The notes under the pieces are model-generated. The model was not told the origin of the DNA, ran no database searches, and saw nothing but the letters and a program-made list of their open reading frames with translations. From assembly GCA_963664705.1 (NCBI GenBank), contig OY761556.1, positions 5,632,001 to 5,696,000 of the forward strand: a stretch of 64,000 bases of DNA, read 5' to 3'. Positions 41,192 to 51,702 of the stretch are shown piece by piece; position 1 is the first letter of the stretch, and each line of letters opens with the position of its first letter. Made by a program: the position numbers and the translations under genes. The stretch comes from Acidobacteriota bacterium. GTDB lineage: Bacteria > Acidobacteriota > UBA6911.

Positions 41192-41299
41192 AACAAAATG
41201 TGATTATAATCAGTATCTATGCGGTGATAGTGCGGGAATAGGTTGTTTCACTGTTGTTCAGGACGTTTCTGTAAGTGTTGACAGGAGAGAAACCGAATT

Positions 41300-41345
41300 A
41301 CTGGCAGTCAGGAGGTCACGAGTTCGATCCTCGTCAGCTCCACCA
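41300..41345 (+). other. 3' half of tRNA-Ala(GGC); att core, not an intact tRNA
   Basis: A-CTGGCAG-TCAGG AGGTC ACGAG TTCGATC CTCGT CAGCTCC ACCA: anticodon loop, T arm and CCA; the 5' half is absent. Confidence 0.88.
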
Positions 41346-41350
41346 ATAGA

Positions 41351-41402
41351 ATCAACAACTTACATCCTTTCCGCAAATTCCAAAGGTAACAAAAAGGTAA
41401 CA
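41351..41402. promoter_or_regulatory. IHF-consensus site and second pair of arm sites right of att
   Basis: AATCAACAACTTA fits WATCAANNNNTTR; AAAGGTAACA x2 at 41381-41402. Confidence 0.7.
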
Positions 41403-41778
41403 GCTGCAACAATAATTCACCTAAGGAGGTCACAGCTTTCTCTTGGATAGCCTCTGCAAAGTCAGGCAATCGTGCAACTATCACCGGCCTCCTTTGTTTC
41501 CTGCCTCCTCAGGAATTCAGACTGAAAATTGCGTCATACCGAATGCAAAGGAATGACGCTAGTAGCTTCGGTTGCTCTATCCTCACATCGCAAGGCGCAC
41601 AGAATTTCTAGTCCAGGGCTTTAGGCTCGTCGAGGTGCTTGTAGCCTTCTTTTTCGGCATATGGTTCGGCGGAAGAGGCTTTATGTGCTCCGGGAGCTTT
41701 CTGCAGGATCCTGGGCTCCGTAGGATTTGTTGATAATGTATCGCATCTCGTCACAAAGGTGCTCCAGCGGAAGCCCGA

Positions 41779-42615
41779 CTAGTAATTTTGTTTCTCGAGG
41801 AATGATTCAAGCAGATGATTGAACTCCGATGGTTTTTCCATCATCAGGAAATGGCCGGTTCCGGGAATGCGTGCATAGGTCAAATTGGGGAAACGCTGCT
41901 TCATTTCATCAGGATTGACCGACATTAGCGGATTGTCGGCATAGATGCCTAAAACGGGCATTTTAATAATGGCCTGTTTCCAAATGCCGGGATTCCTGAC
42001 TGCATTCATCGCTTCGACCGCAGCGATTGGCGACGTTCCCAACATCCTCGACAAAATATTCTGTCGCATTACATCAGTTGTAGCTGACGAAAACATATCC
42101 CGAATCATACCTTCGCGGATCCGCAATCCCGCTGGGCTGGAGAATTGTCGGACTGTGTAGGTAGGCGCCTTTTGATTCCAGGGGGATGTTGTTAAGCCTT
42201 CGACAAATACCAGGGCCGCCACATGTTGCGGATACAGGCATGCATATTGAAGAATTACCGCCGTGCCCATGCTGTGCCCAATCAGGATCATCCGGTTTGC
42301 TCTGACGTCGGATCGGACTGCTTCCACGGCGCGAGCAAATAAATCCATGGATAATCTGCCGCTCTTGGGCAACGGGGTTGGCCCGTGGCCTGGTAAATCC
42401 ATCGTGACAACTTGATAACGCTTGGATAGCTCGGGCACCTGAGATTGCCATGATGTCGCATCGCAGGTCCAGCCGTGTACCAGTAAAACCGTTTTGTATC
42501 CATTTCCGGTGACAGTGAAGTGGATTGGTATTCCGTCTACCGTGGCGGCGAAAACTGATGTGGGCAGCATTGAGCAGACCAGGACCATCCAAAGCAGGTT
42601 ATATCCAATCTTCAT
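41779..42615 (-). CDS. Exported alpha/beta hydrolase
   Basis: Signal peptide, VHGW, DLPGHG, GHSMG, GHFLMMEKP. Confidence 0.9.
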   Translation of the reverse strand: MKIGYNLLWMVLVCSMLPTSVFAATVDGIPIHFTVTGNGYKTVLLVHGWTCDATSWQSQVPELSKRYQVVTMDLPGHGPTPLPKSGRLSMDLFARAVEAVRSDVRANRMILIGHSMGTAVILQYACLYPQHVAALVFVEGLTTSPWNQKAPTYTVRQFSSPAGLRIREGMIRDMFSSATTDVMRQNILSRMLGTSPIAAVEAMNAVRNPGIWKQAIIKMPVLGIYADNPLMSVNPDEMKQRFPNLTYARIPGTGHFLMMEKPSEFNHLLESFLEKQNY

Positions 42616-43262
42616 ATCCTTCCTCGGATTGCTTTGTTCAATAGAGGATAAGGGTCTCGATAACCATCCTATCATATCGCGCATATTGCAGAATTGGGCT
42701 CATCCTCAGACTAAGTATAACCTCGACGGATTTTGTCTTCCCGACCTATTTCGTAGGTCAATTCTTCCGTGGCATCAGGCCGGAAGCGGAAAGCTCAATG
42801 AACGGAGAGGGATACTGCTGGAAAACTGTCCTCGGAAAATTCAGTCCTTTTGCATCCCGCCTTTAGGATGTGAACGGGACGGAGAAGGGAAAACCGGAAT
42901 CCTACTGCATGACTGGGCAAATGAGGCTGGCCGACGCACGGGTTAGTCGGACCACTAACTATCCGCTGCAGGACACTTGCGGGGTGATCCTATTAATAGC
43001 GGCATCTGAATCCTGCGATTGTCGGTTGGATGGAAAACATGCATAGTGCAGAGGATCAGGCTTAATTGGGCAGTCTCCATGTTTTCAGTAATAATAGAGA
43101 AATGGCAAAATAGCCTATATTGCTTTGCATTATTTCTCCCATTGAACTAAGGTAGCCGCACCCCTACCTTTTATATATGCGCTTTGGTAAAGGCGCCGTT
43201 CAGAACAACCATATTTCGAGCAGAAGAGCGTAATTTCCTGGGCTCTATGTTCCTGTTTTTAG

Positions 43263-46200
43263 TTGCTAAATATGCCAGCCAGAAAAAAGACCAGCAAAGC
43301 GTTAAAAGATAGCAAGAATCGGTATCGTGCCTATTTTAATCTCCCGACAGCAGGGATTGCGATCACCTCTCCTGACAAAGGATGGGTGGACGTGAATTCG
43401 GCCCTTTGTGAGATGCTTGGATACACACAGGAGGAATTGAGTTGCCGGACCTGGAGTGAGCTGACGTATCCAGAGGATCTGGAAGCAGACGTTCTCCGGT
43501 TTGAAAGAGTGCTGACAGGCGAAATCGACAGTTACAGCCTTGAAAAGCGCTTTATCCGCAAGGATCAGACAATTATCTGGGTTGACCTGTCCGTGCATTG
43601 TGTGCGCTCGGAAACCGGAGCCGTCAGCTATTTCATTGCTTTGCTAAAAGATATCACCGGCCGCAAGACAGCTGAGCAGGCTCTCAGAGAAAACGAAGCA
43701 CAACTCCGCGGGATCATCGATAATCTTCAGGATGCATATTTCCGGGCGGATCTATCCGGGCATCTCACCGTAGTTAGTCCGTCTGCAGTGCAGATGTTCC
43801 GCTATGAATCGGTCGAGGAAATGATTGGTCTGGCTGCCAAAACATTATATGCCCGGCAGGAGGACCGAAAATCGCTGCTCGAGGAGGTGCGTAGGTGTAA
43901 GCGCGTAAATGACTGGGTGAGTGTAGCGAAAAGAAAGGATGGCTCAAAATTCTGGGTCTCCATGAGCGTCCAGATTTACTGCGACAGCTCTGGCAAAGTT
44001 TCCGGCAGCGAAGGAATTGTTCGTGACATCACGGAACGCAAGGTTGCAGAGGAGACGCTTCGTTTAAATGAGGAGCGGTTGAGCCTGGCACAGACAGTTG
44101 CACATGTCGGTACGTTCAATTGGGACCTAATCACGGGGGTAAATACTTGGACATCAGAGCTGGAGGCAATGTATGGATTGCAGCCTGGCAGTTTTGCTCA
44201 AACGCAGCCTGCCTGGGAAAACCTTGTGCATCCGGAAGACCGTGAGCAGGCTGTAAAAAGGGTTAATAGCGCATTTGAGACTGGTCATCCAACAGAGGGT
44301 GAATGGCGGGTGATCTGGCCGGACCAGAGTATCCACTGGATTGCCGGCCGTTGGCAGGTCCTCAAAGACGAATCGGGAAAGCCGATCCGGATGGTTGGCG
44401 TAAATATCGACATGACAGAACGCAAACGGATCGATGAGGAAACGGCGCGATTAGCCTCCTTTCCGATCCTGAATCCAAATCCGATCATAGAAGCGGATTT
44501 GGAAGGTAACGTGCTATATGCAAACCCTTGTGCCCAAAGGCTATTTCCGAAACTTCAGGTGCTTGGTCAAAAGCATCCGTATCTGATGGGCTGGACGAAC
44601 CTGCAAAACATTAATGCCAAGGACGGACGAGCTGTTGCGCGGGATGTTATGGTGACTGACCGCTGGTATAATCAGACAATTCACTTTCTTCGGGATTCTC
44701 AAAGAATCCGAATTTATGGTTTGGATATTACCGAGCGGAAGATCGCTGAACATGCTCTCCGCGAAAGCGAAGAACGTTTCCGCAACATGGCCGACAGCTC
44801 GCCTGTGATGATCTGGGTGACGGAACCGGAAGGCGAGTGCTCCTTCCTGAGCAAATCCTGGGAGGAATTTACCGGGCAGACGCTCTCCGAAGGATTGGGT
44901 TTCGGCTGGGTTCAAGCAGTACATCCGGAAGACCGTCCGAATGTCGAATTGGCTTTCCGGCGCGGCAACGACGCACACGGCCATTACCAGATTGAATATC
45001 GGCTAAAACGCAAGAACGGACTCTATGGCTGGGTAATCGACACTGCCGCACCACGGTTCGATGCTCAGAAAACATTTCTGGGATACGTCGGTTCAGTGGT
45101 CAATATCACTGAGCGCAAGCAGAAAGAAGAAGAGCTATTCAATTCCCGCCAGTATCTGCAAACACTGATGAACGCAATTCCGGTAGGCATTGCAATCTCT
45201 GCAGATACAACCTGCAATAAAATAACAGGCAATCCGGCGATGCTTGCGCAGTTTGAGGTCGCACCGGGTGCCAATATATCCGCATCAGCTACAGATCCTG
45301 CCGAGGCAGGATCCTCCATACGATACTTTAAAAATGGACGCGAACTCACAGGCGGCGAGTTGCCGATGCAGCGGGCCATTGCAGAAAATCGCGACATCCC
45401 GCGAATGGAACTGGATATCGAATTGCCGAGCGGCCGCCGTATTTCAACTATTGCCTCCGGCGTACCTATAAGAGACCAGGGTGGAAATATCATAGGTGCC
45501 GTTGCCGTGAGCATGGATATCACCGAGCGAAAGCAGGCAGAAGATATTATCCGCCGAGCTAATGAGGAACTCGAAGCACGAGTGCAGGAGAGAACAAGCG
45601 AACTCGCTGTTCGCGCTAATCAACTCCGCGCACTGGCGGGTGAACTGACCATCTCAGAACAACGCGAACGAAAGCGCCTGGCAAATCTTCTCCATGATCA
45701 CCTTCAACAATTGCTCGTGGGGGCCAAGTATCGCCTGACGGTGCTAAGCAATAGAGTTGCGGATGATGGGACAAAACTCGCTGCAAAGGAAATTGAAGCT
45801 CTGATTGATGAAGCCATCAGGTCTTCACGATCTCTTACGGCGGAATTGAGCCCTCCAATTCTGCATGATGCGGGCTTGACTGCCGGGCTTGAATGGCTTG
45901 GCAGGCGAGTGGCTGATACGCATGGACTATTCGTGTATCTGAAAGCAGAACAAATCGGACCGCTGCCAGAAGATTTGACCATCGTTCTTTTTGAGGCAGT
46001 ACGCGAACTATTATTCAATGTGACAAAACATGCCGACACAAATTCAGCTGCAGTCATATTGCGTCAGATTGACAACTTCCTGGAGATCGCTATCACTGAC
46101 CAAGGCGTAGGCTTTGACCCGAATGATATACCGCCGGCAGGCGGCACGGGAAGTGGCTTTGGACTTTTCAGCCTCCGAGAGCGGTTGGAGTTGTTCGGAG

Positions 46201-46742
46201 GGAAACTGATGATCGACAGTGCTCCAGGACGAGGCAGCCGATTTATGATCGCAGTACCAATAACTAAGGTCGAATCAAAACCATCCGGGTTGGCGGAGTT
46301 GCCGGGAGAAATCCCTCCCAAGCTTATGCCTATACGCCAGTCAGAGAAGAAAATTCGAGTCCTGCTAGCCGATGATCATGGAGTGGTTCGGCAAGGAATT
46401 GCAAACCTGCTTAGCGATGAAGAGGACTTGGAGGTTGTCGGCGCAGCGATAGACGGCCAAGATGCGGTTAACCTGGCTGCCAAGTTAGTGCCCGATGTGA
46501 TCCTGATGGATATGAATATGCCGAGATTGAATGGAGTTGAAGCAACGCGCATTATCCACAGAGATTACTCCAACATTTGCATCATCGGTTTATCCATGTT
46601 CGAAGAAGCGGAAAAAGCTCAGGCGATGCGCGATGCCGGAGCGGTGAATTACTTGACTAAGAGCGGGCCAGCGGAGGAACTGATTAGCGCAATTAGAGCA
46701 GTAGTTGGTCGCTCTCAAAAAGCGTTTGCGGCAAAAAGTTAG
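43263..46742 (+). CDS. Multi-PAS HisKA_3 kinase with C-terminal NarL-type receiver
   Basis: About six PAS repeats, ERKRLANLLHDHLQQ, DQGVGF, GFGL, VLLADDH receiver. Confidence 0.92.
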   Translation: MLNMPARKKTSKALKDSKNRYRAYFNLPTAGIAITSPDKGWVDVNSALCEMLGYTQEELSCRTWSELTYPEDLEADVLRFERVLTGEIDSYSLEKRFIRKDQTIIWVDLSVHCVRSETGAVSYFIALLKDITGRKTAEQALRENEAQLRGIIDNLQDAYFRADLSGHLTVVSPSAVQMFRYESVEEMIGLAAKTLYARQEDRKSLLEEVRRCKRVNDWVSVAKRKDGSKFWVSMSVQIYCDSSGKVSGSEGIVRDITERKVAEETLRLNEERLSLAQTVAHVGTFNWDLITGVNTWTSELEAMYGLQPGSFAQTQPAWENLVHPEDREQAVKRVNSAFETGHPTEGEWRVIWPDQSIHWIAGRWQVLKDESGKPIRMVGVNIDMTERKRIDEETARLASFPILNPNPIIEADLEGNVLYANPCAQRLFPKLQVLGQKHPYLMGWTNLQNINAKDGRAVARDVMVTDRWYNQTIHFLRDSQRIRIYGLDITERKIAEHALRESEERFRNMADSSPVMIWVTEPEGECSFLSKSWEEFTGQTLSEGLGFGWVQAVHPEDRPNVELAFRRGNDAHGHYQIEYRLKRKNGLYGWVIDTAAPRFDAQKTFLGYVGSVVNITERKQKEEELFNSRQYLQTLMNAIPVGIAISADTTCNKITGNPAMLAQFEVAPGANISASATDPAEAGSSIRYFKNGRELTGGELPMQRAIAENRDIPRMELDIELPSGRRISTIASGVPIRDQGGNIIGAVAVSMDITERKQAEDIIRRANEELEARVQERTSELAVRANQLRALAGELTISEQRERKRLANLLHDHLQQLLVGAKYRLTVLSNRVADDGTKLAAKEIEALIDEAIRSSRSLTAELSPPILHDAGLTAGLEWLGRRVADTHGLFVYLKAEQIGPLPEDLTIVLFEAVRELLFNVTKHADTNSAAVILRQIDNFLEIAITDQGVGFDPNDIPPAGGTGSGFGLFSLRERLELFGGKLMIDSAPGRGSRFMIAVPITKVESKPSGLAELPGEIPPKLMPIRQSEKKIRVLLADDHGVVRQGIANLLSDEEDLEVVGAAIDGQDAVNLAAKLVPDVILMDMNMPRLNGVEATRIIHRDYSNICIIGLSMFEEAEKAQAMRDAGAVNYLTKSGPAEELISAIRAVVGRSQKAFAAKS

Positions 46743-46820
46743 ATATCACAAAAGGCCGAATGGACTTTTTGACATTTTATTCAGACTGACACGACTGGAT
46801 CTATTCAGTGTCTAACAATT

Positions 46821-47291
46821 TCAGAGTGGTTGATCACGCACAACTGTCTCATGTGCGGCTATCTTCCATTCTCCATTGATCTTTTTCAGCACGATTAAAA
46901 TGCGACCGTCGACTGTTACGCCGGCATTGGTTGCCTCGTAGATGCCTGCACAATAGGCAAGATCCCCGCTATGATAGACCGTCAGAGGTCTTATAAAATC
47001 GATATGGCCTCCAGCCCGGATGCCGCGCTCCCAATAAGATTGAATCGCCTGTCTCCCATTGGCCAAGATGTGTGCTGATAGATAGTAGCCGTCTTCCGTA
47101 TACAATTCAGCAACCGCGGACGCATTTCCATTGTTGTATAACCTGACCCATTCTTCCGGGATCTGTCGTATGGCTATATCATCAGGAATAATCTGTTTTT
47201 GACTGGGTTGAGGATTCGGCGCGGTAGCCTGGGGTACGGCAATCCTCGAGGCCAACATCAACACAACAGCGAGCTCAAGTATCAGTTTCAT
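46821..47291 (-). CDS. Exported SnoaL/DUF4440 (NTF2-like) protein
   Basis: Signal peptide, LYTEDG, GRQAI, SGDLAY, GEWKI. Confidence 0.8.
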   Translation of the reverse strand: MKLILELAVVLMLASRIAVPQATAPNPQPSQKQIIPDDIAIRQIPEEWVRLYNNGNASAVAELYTEDGYYLSAHILANGRQAIQSYWERGIRAGGHIDFIRPLTVYHSGDLAYCAGIYEATNAGVTVDGRILIVLKKINGEWKIAAHETVVRDQPL

Positions 47292-47390
47292 GGCTTGAAC
47301 GATAACATAGAAGAGATTGACGCTTCACCTTCGATAAAATAGCGTTTGTCTGCTTTTGCAAAGTATGAATAATGTGAACAGGCTTCTTTT

Positions 47391-50180
47391 GTGAAACGGA
47401 CTGACTCCATGGCCGACAAAGATCGCAATAAGACTGCATTGCCTGAGAGGATTGACCAAATAGAAACTCAGAACGGGTCTGATCGGACTAAAATTGATAT
47501 TTACAATCAACTTGCATCCGACGATACACTCGGCCGGAATCGTTATGAGATGCTATTGCAGTTGAGCCGCGACGTTATCCTGTTCATCCGGCGCAGTGAT
47601 ACTCGGATTGTTGACTTCAACAGCGCAGCCCTTAAAGCCTACGGCTATTCGCGAGATGAACTATTGTCTCTGAACATTGGCGATTTGCGGGCCCCGCAAA
47701 CAATTTCACTGACTCCAGCGCAGTTGAATCAAGCCGATCAATCAGGAATTCTATTCGAGACAATCCACAGACGTAAAGATGGCACTCTGTTCCCGGTGGA
47801 GGTCAGCTCAGTAGGAACTGAAATTGAAAGCGAGCGCATACTCATCAGTATAGTCAGGGACATTACCGCGCGCAAAAAGACGCAGGGAGAGCTTGCAGAA
47901 GCAAATCGTCTATTAAGGATGACGATTGATGCCATTCCCGATCTGATGTTTGAGGTTGACGCGGATGGACGATTTTATAGCTACCATATGCTTTCGGGTG
48001 ACACCTTGTATGCCCCTCCAGAGGTTTTTCTTGGGAAAACAGTACAGGATGTACTACCCGCAGAACCCGCCAGAATCATAATGACAGCTCTTGCCCAGGC
48101 TGTGGAAAAGGGCAGACATCGAGGAGCTACATACTCATTGGCTTTGCCGGGTGGACAATACTGGTTTGAACTGTCCATATCGGCAACGCCGGGAGAAAAG
48201 TTGCAGAGTTCACGATATATTGTTCTGGCCCGCAATATTACTGAACGAAAGAGAACCGAGGAATCACTGAGGGAAAATGGTCGGCTGCTATCGGAATCAC
48301 AGAGGATCGCGCACCTGGGAAATTGGGAACTGGATATATGTACCAATGAGGTAACCTGGTCTGATGAGACGTACCGGATTTTCGAAACCGATCCGAAAAC
48401 AAGGATTTCCTACGAAACATATGTCGATGCTATTCACCCGGATGATCGCGATAGGATAACGGCTGCTTACGCGCGGTCTCTGAAGACGCATGAACCTTAC
48501 GAGATCGGTTATCGAATCCTTTTGCCGGGCGGGCGGATTAAGCATGTGCAGGGACATTCCCAATCCTTCTACAACCCGGAAGGAAAGCCGATCCGCTCCA
48601 TAGGGACGGTACAGGATATCACTGAACGAACGCGATCGGAGGATGCGCTCCGAACCAGTGAACTCAAATATCGTTCGCTGTTCGAGGCTGCCGAGGACGG
48701 AATTATATTGCTGGATTCGACAGGCTTCGTAGATTGCAATGATGCCGGTGCGCGCATGTACGGGATTTCCAAATGGGAAGTGATCGGGAAAGCGCCCACA
48801 GACTTCTGTCCGGAAAATCAGCCTGATGGCCGTCCATCAACAGAAGTGGCTCTGGAAAAAATATCCGCGGCCCTGAAAGGAACCACACAGAAGTTTGATT
48901 GGGTATCTCGGCGCCCCGATGGGACTCTTTTCGATGTCGAGATCACTTTGAGCCGGATTGGTGATCCGGGAAGTACGCTGATGTTGTCGATTGTCCGGGA
49001 CGTTACCGACCGCAGACGGGAATCGGAGAAAAACGCAAGGCTTGCCGCTCAATTGCAACAGGCTCAAAAAATGGAATCGGTGGGCAGGCTTGCAGGTGGA
49101 GTGGCGCATGATTTCAACAATATGCTCGGCGTGATCCTCGGGCACACGGACCTGGCTCTGGAACAGGTTGATCCGGAGGATCCGATTAATGAGGACCTTC
49201 GGGGAATTCAAATGGCAGCCAGAAGATCTGCCGATTTGACTCGGCAACTACTGGCCTTCGCCCGCAAGCAGACCATCGCGCTTCAAATCCTGGACCTTAG
49301 TGAAACCATCACCGGCGCTCTCAACATGCTCCAACGCTTGATCGGCGAAAATATTCAGCTGAAATGGAGTCCGACCGCGGATCTGTGGCCGGTCAAGGCA
49401 GACCCCTCGCAGATTGAGCAGATTTTGACAAATTTATGCGTAAACGCGCGCGATGCAATACAAGATGTCGGCGAAATTGTCCTCACTGCAGGGAATTGCA
49501 TGGTTGATGATCACTATTGCTCGACAAGAGAAGGGTTGACTCCCGGAGAATATGTGCGGCTTGAAATAAGAGACACCGGCGGCGGCATGGAAAAGGAAGT
49601 TCTTGAGCATATATTTGAGCCCTTTTTCACAACCAAGCAAATGGGGAAAGGTACCGGACTTGGGCTTGCGATGGTTTACGGAGCGGTAAGGCAGAACAGC
49701 GGCTTTATCTATGTTGCTAGCGAACTGGGATACGGAACAACTTTCTCTATCTACCTACCCAGGCAGGAGGCCTCTCCAAGGCAACCGGCGGCGGCGAAAA
49801 GGCCCGCCCGGCAAGGCAAGGAGACCGTTCTGCTGGTGGAGGATGAGCCGGCTATATTGAATCTGGCAGCAAGGTTGCTTCGAAAGCAAGGCTACGGAGT
49901 ATTGGCCACTAAAAGCCCGACGGATGCCTTGCGTTTGGCTGCAGAGCATGAAGGAGATATTCATCTGCTCTTAACCGATGTCATCATGCCTGAGATGAAC
50001 GGGCGTGTCCTGGCCGATAATCTGCGAGCCAGATATCCACACATCAAGTGTCTTTTTATGTCCGGATACACGGCTGATGTTGTGGCAAAGCAGGGCATAC
50101 TGGATGAAGATGTTAGCTTCCTTCAGAAACCGTTTTCAGCGGAAGAACTTGCGGACAAAATGGAGCTTGTTCTTGGCTGA
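47391..50180 (+). CDS. Multi-PAS hybrid histidine kinase
   Basis: [43 protein letters not shown]-terminal receiver. Confidence 0.93.
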   Translation: MKRTDSMADKDRNKTALPERIDQIETQNGSDRTKIDIYNQLASDDTLGRNRYEMLLQLSRDVILFIRRSDTRIVDFNSAALKAYGYSRDELLSLNIGDLRAPQTISLTPAQLNQADQSGILFETIHRRKDGTLFPVEVSSVGTEIESERILISIVRDITARKKTQGELAEANRLLRMTIDAIPDLMFEVDADGRFYSYHMLSGDTLYAPPEVFLGKTVQDVLPAEPARIIMTALAQAVEKGRHRGATYSLALPGGQYWFELSISATPGEKLQSSRYIVLARNITERKRTEESLRENGRLLSESQRIAHLGNWELDICTNEVTWSDETYRIFETDPKTRISYETYVDAIHPDDRDRITAAYARSLKTHEPYEIGYRILLPGGRIKHVQGHSQSFYNPEGKPIRSIGTVQDITERTRSEDALRTSELKYRSLFEAAEDGIILLDSTGFVDCNDAGARMYGISKWEVIGKAPTDFCPENQPDGRPSTEVALEKISAALKGTTQKFDWVSRRPDGTLFDVEITLSRIGDPGSTLMLSIVRDVTDRRRESEKNARLAAQLQQAQKMESVGRLAGGVAHDFNNMLGVILGHTDLALEQVDPEDPINEDLRGIQMAARRSADLTRQLLAFARKQTIALQILDLSETITGALNMLQRLIGENIQLKWSPTADLWPVKADPSQIEQILTNLCVNARDAIQDVGEIVLTAGNCMVDDHYCSTREGLTPGEYVRLEIRDTGGGMEKEVLEHIFEPFFTTKQMGKGTGLGLAMVYGAVRQNSGFIYVASELGYGTTFSIYLPRQEASPRQPAAAKRPARQGKETVLLVEDEPAILNLAARLLRKQGYGVLATKSPTDALRLAAEHEGDIHLLLTDVIMPEMNGRVLADNLRARYPHIKCLFMSGYTADVVAKQGILDEDVSFLQKPFSAEELADKMELVLG

Positions 50181-50185
50181 TTGCC

Positions 50186-51484
50186 TGTGCCTTGCCAAAA
50201 TTCCAAACTTCGGCGAAATGGCGCCCGGCGGTCTACCGATAAGTTTGGATATCGCAATGGCATGGTGATTTGGATAAGCGCCTATTGGTGTTTGCAACGG
50301 TTGAATTGCGGGCACGAGCGAAAAGAGACCGGTCGATCCGGTTCTTTTTGCAGGGAACAAGATGAATTTCGTACCTATGCAGCACGGCGTCCGTAATGAT
50401 GATGAAGGCCGCCGACCTCAGGAATCTCTATCACTTCAGCAAGTTTTGCATCCTGAATTGGCCGTCGTTCTGGCGCATCCTTATCGAGTGAGAGATGGGT
50501 ACGATATTTATGATAATAATAAAAATACCGTGCCAGGATTTTTCGCAAATGCGATTCCCCGAGAATAATTACGTGATTCAGGCAGTCCCGACGTACGGAT
50601 CCGATTAAGCGTTCGCAGAAAGGATTTTGCCAAGGGCTCCGCGGTGCCGTCATGATTTGCTCGATGCCAATCGCCTGAATCCGTTCTCGAAACTCCTCTC
50701 CATAAATGCTATCTCGATCGCGCAGCAGATACTTCGGTTCCGTCCCATCGGGAAATGCCTGAATCAGCTGCTCCCCAGTCCAGCGCGCTGTCGGATGCTC
50801 CGTCACATTGAAATGCACAATGCGCCGACGATCATGGGCAAGAACGACGAGGACAAACAGGGTTCGAAAGGTGGCCGTGGGAACCACGAAAAAGTCGATG
50901 GAGACCAAGTCCTTGACGTGATTGTTCAGAAAAGTATGCCATGTCTGGGAAGGAGGTTTTCTCCTTTTCGGCATCAATCGAGCGACAGTCGGTTCCGATA
51001 TTTTTATTCCGAGTTTAAGTAATTCCCCGTGGATTCTCGGACTTCCCCAGGTTGAGTTTGCATTGGCCATTTTGCAGACCAACTTGCGGATTTCGTTGTC
51101 TGTTCCCGGCCGACCGGCTCCGCAATGTTTTGAGAGGCGGGTCCAATATAATGCAAATCCTTTCCGATGCCACCGGACGACCGTTTCGGGTTTGACTACG
51201 ATGAGGGAATCTTGCCATCTCTGCCAGACCGAGGAAAGGAATCCCCAGAAAAGCCGATCTCTCCGTCTTAAACGTGCATGGGAACGCTCGCGTTTCAGGA
51301 TTGCCAGCTGTTGCCGCAGCGCCAGATTTTCGAGGGCCAGCTCAGTTCGATTTCTAAACCCGGATTTTAAGAATGAAAACAACAAAGACAGTGCCTCAAT
51401 CATGATTCAGAAGATTCAGAAGCCTGCTTGCTGGTGACGCTAATGTCAATATTTTCAATGCGGGCGGAATTCTGGCAAAGGACA
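50186..51484 (-). mobile_element. Insertion sequence with TGT...ACA inverted ends (rve/IS481-like)
   Basis: CCTGTGCCTTGCCAAAATTCC versus reverse complement of GGAATTCTGGCAAAGGACAGG, 18/21 match; no target duplication seen. Confidence 0.75.
50375..51403 (-). CDS. DDE transposase (integrase core domain)
   Basis: WGSPRIHGEL, IDFF, RDRDSIYG, PWQNPFCERLIGS, GGLHHHY. Confidence 0.92.
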   Translation of the reverse strand: MIEALSLLFSFLKSGFRNRTELALENLALRQQLAILKRERSHARLRRRDRLFWGFLSSVWQRWQDSLIVVKPETVVRWHRKGFALYWTRLSKHCGAGRPGTDNEIRKLVCKMANANSTWGSPRIHGELLKLGIKISEPTVARLMPKRRKPPSQTWHTFLNNHVKDLVSIDFFVVPTATFRTLFVLVVLAHDRRRIVHFNVTEHPTARWTGEQLIQAFPDGTEPKYLLRDRDSIYGEEFRERIQAIGIEQIMTAPRSPWQNPFCERLIGSVRRDCLNHVIILGESHLRKILARYFYYYHKYRTHLSLDKDAPERRPIQDAKLAEVIEIPEVGGLHHHYGRRAA

Positions 51485-51702
51485 GGGCTGCATCACCGCT
51501 ATGATTGGCAGCAAACAGCGTAGCAATCAATTGCAGAGACGCCCAAATTCCTGGAAACGGAACCGCTCTTATCCTCCGCATTATATGCAAAAATCAAAGA
51601 CTTACAAATTTCTCCAGATTCAGGGATTTGGCGTCTTTATAGAATTTTATTCAAGCCTTCCTAATTCCCGTCGATGGCATTATGGCGACACACAAAGCTA
51701 CA

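Larger units (their letters stand above)
5400..41345. mobile_element. Integrative conjugative element (MOBF relaxase, VirB-type T4SS) with cargo; left end probably outside the window
   Basis: AlpA/Rep, T4SS, relaxase, coupling protein, ArdC, tyrosine integrase and a tRNA-Ala 3' att duplication at 41300-41345. Confidence 0.8.
39647..41348. repeat. Apparently identical 1.7-kb direct repeat, copy 1 (partner 53136-54837, offset 13489)
   Basis: Identical ORF translations in the track and no differences found by eye. Confidence 0.95.

Noticed and set aside
41300-41345. Intact tRNA gene (also 54789-54834)
   Set aside because: Only anticodon loop to CCA is present; the upstream sequence cannot form the acceptor or D arms
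51590-51606. Additional att site near IHF-like AATCAAAGACTTA
   Set aside because: No tRNA fragment or arm repeats nearby
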